Shown piece by piece: positions 28,218 through 32,000 of a DNA stretch of 32,000 bases. Source of the stretch: Raphidiopsis brookii D9 (GTDB lineage Bacteria; Cyanobacteriota; Cyanobacteriia; Cyanobacteriales; Nostocaceae); assembly GCA_000175855.1 (NCBI GenBank), contig ACYB01000005.1, positions 30,001-62,000 on the forward strand, written 5' to 3'. Each line of letters opens with the position of its first letter. Positions within the stretch are counted from its first letter, which is position 1. The position numbers and the translations under genes are program-made. Below the pieces are notes generated by a model. The model did no database searches. It saw only the letters and a list, made by a program, of their open reading frames with translations, and was not told the origin of the DNA.

Positions 28218-29030
28218 GTGTTTTATCCCATGTCTTTTAGGTTGTCTGTGCTATTACTGACAACAACTCTTCCCACTGTTTTGTATTCTCAAACCCTACC
28301 TAACTTCCTGGCTTCCAAACCCCATCCCGGATTTGAATTTCCCGCCGCCAGGACTGCCAGTAAAGTAACAGTCAGAATTTTTACCAAGTCTGGATCCGGT
28401 TCAGGAGTAATTATCAACCGTCAAGGAAAAAGCTACACGGTTTTGACCAATGATCACGTAGTAGTGGATAGTCCTGAGAGTGGTTATGAGGTTTTAACAC
28501 CTGATGGCAAGATTTACAAAGCTCACCAGTTGCCAACGGTAAATCCTGATTCCCTGGATCTAGCACTGGTGGAATTTACCAGTGGGGAAAATTATCAAGT
28601 TGTGCAATTTTCCCAGTCGCCAAATATATCTGGGGAAGTGGTATATGTATCTGGGTTTCCAGCGTGGCATTTTGTTTTTAATCGGGATACTATCAGCAAA
28701 GTGGAAACAACCCGCAATTGGGGACTGGGTGCTTTCAAGCTACGACCAGGCAACATCAAAATGTATCTTGACAAGACCTTGGTAGGTGGTTACAAGTTAG
28801 GTTTTACCAATGATTTTACCCAAGGGATGAGTGGAGGCCCTGTTCTAAATCAACAAGGAGAGCTTATTGGCATCAGTGGTTTATTAAAATACCCATTTCA
28901 GGGGATTAATGCCTTTATTTTCACTGATGGAACCAGGCCAGAAAGGGAAGAATACCGTAGAATCGAGTCTTTAAGTTGGGCTATTCCTATTTCCACTGTG
29001 GTTGGTTTTCTCCAAGAGCAAAAAAAATAA
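28218..29030 (+). CDS. Exported trypsin-like (S1/chymotrypsin-fold) serine peptidase
   Basis: The catalytic triad contexts are GSGSGVIINRQGKSYTVLTNDHVV (His), DLALVEF (Asp) and TQGMSGGPVLNQQGELIGI (Ser). The N-terminus is a hydrophobic signal. The start is GTG at 28218; an alternative ATG lies at 28230. Confidence 0.8.
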   Translation: MFYPMSFRLSVLLLTTTLPTVLYSQTLPNFLASKPHPGFEFPAARTASKVTVRIFTKSGSGSGVIINRQGKSYTVLTNDHVVVDSPESGYEVLTPDGKIYKAHQLPTVNPDSLDLALVEFTSGENYQVVQFSQSPNISGEVVYVSGFPAWHFVFNRDTISKVETTRNWGLGAFKLRPGNIKMYLDKTLVGGYKLGFTNDFTQGMSGGPVLNQQGELIGISGLLKYPFQGINAFIFTDGTRPEREEYRRIESLSWAIPISTVVGFLQEQKK

Positions 29031-29113
29031 TAGAATTATCATTATCAATCATAAGCAAATATTTATGATTTTTGACACTATTCCTACGCAAAAACACTGT
29101 GGGAGAAAAGTAA

Positions 29114-30499
29114 ATGAATTTAAGTATTACAACAAAAACCCCAAGAAAAACTACGATAAAAACTGCCAGAATTAATCTTTTTCTACTGGCTAGTGCACTC
29201 GTAACTGCTATTACATCTACTACTTCGTTAGCCACAGACACTATCAGTGCCCAGGACATAGCACAAATTGCTAAGAAGACATCTGTACAGATTAATACAG
29301 AAGGTGATATTACTCCGGGTGGTTCAGGAGTGATTATTGCCCAACAAGGTAATCGTTATTCTGTACTAACGGCCAATCACGTGGTCTGTGATATTATAGA
29401 CAGGCCGGGAAAAATTACCTGTGCTAAAGACATTACCTATTCTGTAAGAACAAATGATGGCAAAGAATACCCGATTCAATCACAGGACATTATAGTCCTA
29501 CAGTCAACCAAAAATGATCCTGATTTAGCCCTAGTTAGCTTTGTAGCTACAGAAGAATATCCCGTAGCTAATTTAGGTGATTCTGACCAAATGACAGAAG
29601 CATCAGATGTGTTTGTGGGGGGTTTTCCAGCAGTATTTGGTAAAGTTGGATCAGCCAGAGATTTTAGTTTTAGTAAAGGGATTGTTCTTTCGCGTGGTAG
29701 AACTTCTATTAATGGGTACAGTTTAATTTACGATGCCAAGACCCTGACCGGGAATAGCGGTGGACCGGTTTTTGATATTAAGGGTAGAGTGGTGGGAATT
29801 CACGGGTTAGCAGACGCCTCGAATAAAAGTAAAACAGAAACGGGAGAACTAGTATCACAGAAAACCGGATTTAATGCTGGCATTCCCATTAATACTTTTT
29901 TGAACTTCAATAACCCCCTGGTTAAAGATCTGCCAATTAAAAGGAATACCATTGCTACTGGGGAAGCGCCACAAGAACGTTTAAATTCTCCCCAATCTGC
30001 TCGAGATTTCTATGCCAGAGGTATTACTAAGCTGGAACAGTTTAATTATAAAGAGTCTTTAGCTGATCTTGATCAGGCGATCAAAATTGACCCCAAATAT
30101 GCAGAAGCTTATTTCAAACGCGGATATGCTCTCAGTTGGCTGAGAAGATACGAAGAAGCCCTTTTGGACTTTAACCAGGTAATTGCCTTGGATCCAAATT
30201 ATTTGGATGGTTATCTCAACCGTGGCTGGACTTATATCTGGTTACAAAATGACCAGGCCGCTCTTGAGGATTTCAATCGGGTAATTCGTATCAATCCTAA
30301 TTATGCTGAGGCATACGCCCATCAAGGTATGGCTTATATTAAGCTGGGCAAGTATCAAGCTGCCCTAGAATCTTCTAAACAAGCTATTAGGTTGGATCCT
30401 AATAAAAGTTATGGGTATACGATTCAAGGTGATGTATTCAATTATCTTAAAGACTATCCTGCTGCTATCAATGTTTCGACTTTTGCAATTAAAAATTGA
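29114..30499 (+). CDS. Trypsin-like S1 serine peptidase fused to C-terminal TPR repeats (3' end displaced by a frameshift)
   Basis: The triad contexts are GGSGVIIAQQGNRYSVLTANHVV, DLALVSF and LTGNSGGPVFDIKGRVVGIHG. At least four TPR units follow (AIKIDPKYAEAYFKRG, VIALDPNYLDGYLNRG, VIRINPNYAEAYAHQG, AIRLDPNKSYGYTIQG). The ORF stops in the middle of a TPR unit. Confidence 0.8.
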   Translation: MNLSITTKTPRKTTIKTARINLFLLASALVTAITSTTSLATDTISAQDIAQIAKKTSVQINTEGDITPGGSGVIIAQQGNRYSVLTANHVVCDIIDRPGKITCAKDITYSVRTNDGKEYPIQSQDIIVLQSTKNDPDLALVSFVATEEYPVANLGDSDQMTEASDVFVGGFPAVFGKVGSARDFSFSKGIVLSRGRTSINGYSLIYDAKTLTGNSGGPVFDIKGRVVGIHGLADASNKSKTETGELVSQKTGFNAGIPINTFLNFNNPLVKDLPIKRNTIATGEAPQERLNSPQSARDFYARGITKLEQFNYKESLADLDQAIKIDPKYAEAYFKRGYALSWLRRYEEALLDFNQVIALDPNYLDGYLNRGWTYIWLQNDQAALEDFNRVIRINPNYAEAYAHQGMAYIKLGKYQAALESSKQAIRLDPNKSYGYTIQGDVFNYLKDYPAAINVSTFAIKN

Positions 30500-30635
30500 T
30501 CCAGATGATTTTAATGCCTACATAAATCGTGCTTTAGCATATACTCTCACAGGTAATTATTCAGACGCTCTTGTGGACTATCAAAAGTCCGCAGAAATTT
30601 TTGAAAGACGTTACACCAGAAAACCTTCAAACTAG
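30492..30635 (+). CDS. Displaced last TPR unit and C-terminus of the TPR-S1 peptidase gene (+1 frame)
   Basis: The +1 frame reads K IDPDDFNAYINRALAYTLTGNYSDALVDYQKSAEIF, which completes the interrupted TPR (..AINVSTFAIK|IDPDD..). Removing one A from the A5 run at 30491-30495 fuses the two frames. Confidence 0.5.
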   Translation, partial: KIDPDDFNAYINRALAYTLTGNYSDALVDYQKSAEIFERRYTRKPSN

Positions 30636-31030
30636 ATAACCAAAAATATCTGGTATTGAAGGTGCATTACCTACCCTAACCCACTCTAAAAGAGCGGCGA
30701 TCGCACTGATAGCGACAAAATTCCCTACCCCTTGAGGTCCTGGGAAGTAACCTGGATTATTCGTCAGAGTAGAATAAAAATCGCTGAAAGGGTTATACTG
30801 CAACAGCTACGGCAATAAGGGTTAATGAGCGATCTCGCGTAGCGAGTGCTTAACAAACGCGGATGGTGAGTACTTCGCGATCGCCCAGTAGGTGTTGCTA
30901 CGAAGTTTGTTAAAGCAAATTGTTATTCGCCTAACCCAAAAATATTTTGGTGCCAGGTATCAGAAATGCCTGGAATGGCAAGGTTTGGTGGAAATCTGGT
31001 AGTTTGCAAATGTTTACAGATGCTGGGAAT

Positions 31031-32000
31031 CTATTGTGTGTTACACTCTGCATGTCTGGATAGGACAGCTGCATGTGTCTCGGGGAGGGAAGCTCTCACG
31101 CACCAACGACGCACCCACCCTAAAAATCCATCTCCAAAAACTAACCCAAACACCCACAACACTAACAAAAATGGCCACAGCAATGGCCACAGCACATAGA
31201 CCACAGCAACCAGCAGCAAACCAAACCCCCACCACTCATTCCAAACCCTCTCTGGAGACGTATAGAAGATATCAGTGAATATAGCTTTTGGTAGGTGACC
31301 TGATGGTACTGTTTGTGAAAAGTTTAAGTCTTCATAAGAGAGCCATTTTCCTGTACTCCTCCATCCGATACGGTCTCCTAATGATTTATATATGTTTCTA
31401 CTAAGCCCCTTTGTGGAATTCAGGCTTTGGTATATCTGGTACTGAATGGATATACCAAATTTACCTTGACTGTATTTTAACCACAGTTCGTCGATGGTCT
31501 GCAATCCTTTGCAAGGAAAATTTTCTACATCTTCTTTTCTTAGGTAACCTTCTTTTTCTCGGTTTGCTACCTTTAACATGATTTTTCCGGTTTCTATATC
31601 TGCTTGCCTAAACTTTTTGGATTTTAATAGTCTATCTAGTCTTGAGAATAGAGGTCTATAACGAGATGATTTAGCTAATTTAGTATCTTTTGAAAGCAGT
31701 AAGTTATAAACAGCATCTTTAACCTCCCAGGAATCATCTTTTTCTAAGATTTTCAGTAATAAATCAGTTAAGTTATGGTTAAGTTTGATAGCTTTTGTGT
31801 AATCGTCAATGGCACCCTGCTTATCTCCTAACTCGCTGCGTGTATTCCCACGGTTATAGTAAGATTCGGCATCATTAGGATTAATTTTGATGTCTTGATT
31901 ATATTTATCTAATTCTCTATACTTTCTCAATATTTCTAGGTATTTATCTCTGTGGTTTTTAAATATGGAACTAATCCAATTTTTTGATTCTTTAATAGGT
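31031..32000 (-). CDS. TPR plus GUN4-domain protein with a Trp/Gly/Val-rich C-terminal transmembrane tail (N-terminus probably outside the window)
   Basis: The GUN4 domain reads FRQADIETGKIMLKVANREKEGYLRKEDVENFPCKGLQTIDELWLKYSQGKFGISIQYQIY...GDRIGWR..GKWLSYEDLNF...GHLP. A TPR unit (NPNDAESYYNRGNTRSELGDKQGAIDDYTKAIKLN) lies upstream of it. The frame stays open from 31930 to the window end, and the listed start at 31930 is only a TTG. Confidence 0.8.
   Translation of the reverse strand, partial: PIKESKNWISSIFKNHRDKYLEILRKYRELDKYNQDIKINPNDAESYYNRGNTRSELGDKQGAIDDYTKAIKLNHNLTDLLLKILEKDDSWEVKDAVYNLLLSKDTKLAKSSRYRPLFSRLDRLLKSKKFRQADIETGKIMLKVANREKEGYLRKEDVENFPCKGLQTIDELWLKYSQGKFGISIQYQIYQSLNSTKGLSRNIYKSLGDRIGWRSTGKWLSYEDLNFSQTVPSGHLPKAIFTDIFYTSPERVWNEWWGFGLLLVAVVYVLWPLLWPFLLVLWVFGLVFGDGFLGWVRRWCVRASLPETHAAVLSRHAECNTQ

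Noticed and set aside
30966-31278. Three overlapping ORFs (30966-31199 +, 31036-31278 +, 31041-31235 -) in the A/C-skewed tract
   Set aside because: The strong strand compositional skew removes stop codons in several frames. The frame contiguous with the GUN4 domain is the most parsimonious coding frame.
1-32000. Search for mobile-element hallmarks (transposase or integrase ORFs, long terminal inverted repeats, a tRNA-adjacent island)
   Set aside because: None was found. All large ORFs are accounted for by housekeeping, hps, COP23, peptidase or GUN4 genes, and HIP1 sites occur throughout. This is consistent with native chromosome rather than a recently acquired island.

Overview
This looks like a chromosomal window from a filamentous, Nostocales-like cyanobacterium. 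The sequence is visibly AT-rich, carries at least 9 copies of the HIP1 octamer GCGATCGC, and encodes hps pseudopilin, GUN4 and COP23-type genes.

Positions 366-15211 form one co-oriented minus-strand block. It holds a hypothetical gene, hisS, a GAF-PP2C phosphatase, ftsY, nusB and a DUF502 gene, followed by a hormogonium-polysaccharide (Hps) pseudopilin locus in the order hpsA-hpsB-hpsC-hpsD-hpsJ.

The middle of the window holds a long-form U32 peptidase, a GH13 glycosidase, an orphan PD-(D/E)xK-like gene, glgC and a class-II DnaJ-like gene.

The right part (23238-30635, plus strand) is the most unusual region. It is a tight cluster of eight predicted exported proteins: five tandem COP23-like paralogues (three nearly identical), a DUF1565 beta-helix protein, and two trypsin-like S1 peptidases, one of them fused to TPR repeats. 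A TPR-GUN4 membrane protein lies on the minus strand at the right edge, and alanine dehydrogenase is cut by the left edge.

Three genes (hpsA, COP23 copy 4 and the TPR-S1 peptidase) are each split by a single-nucleotide indel in a short homopolymer. All three belong to the two envelope/exported gene sets.

I saw no rRNA, tRNA, CRISPR array, transposase or integrase. All family assignments come from motif recognition by eye; no searches were run.
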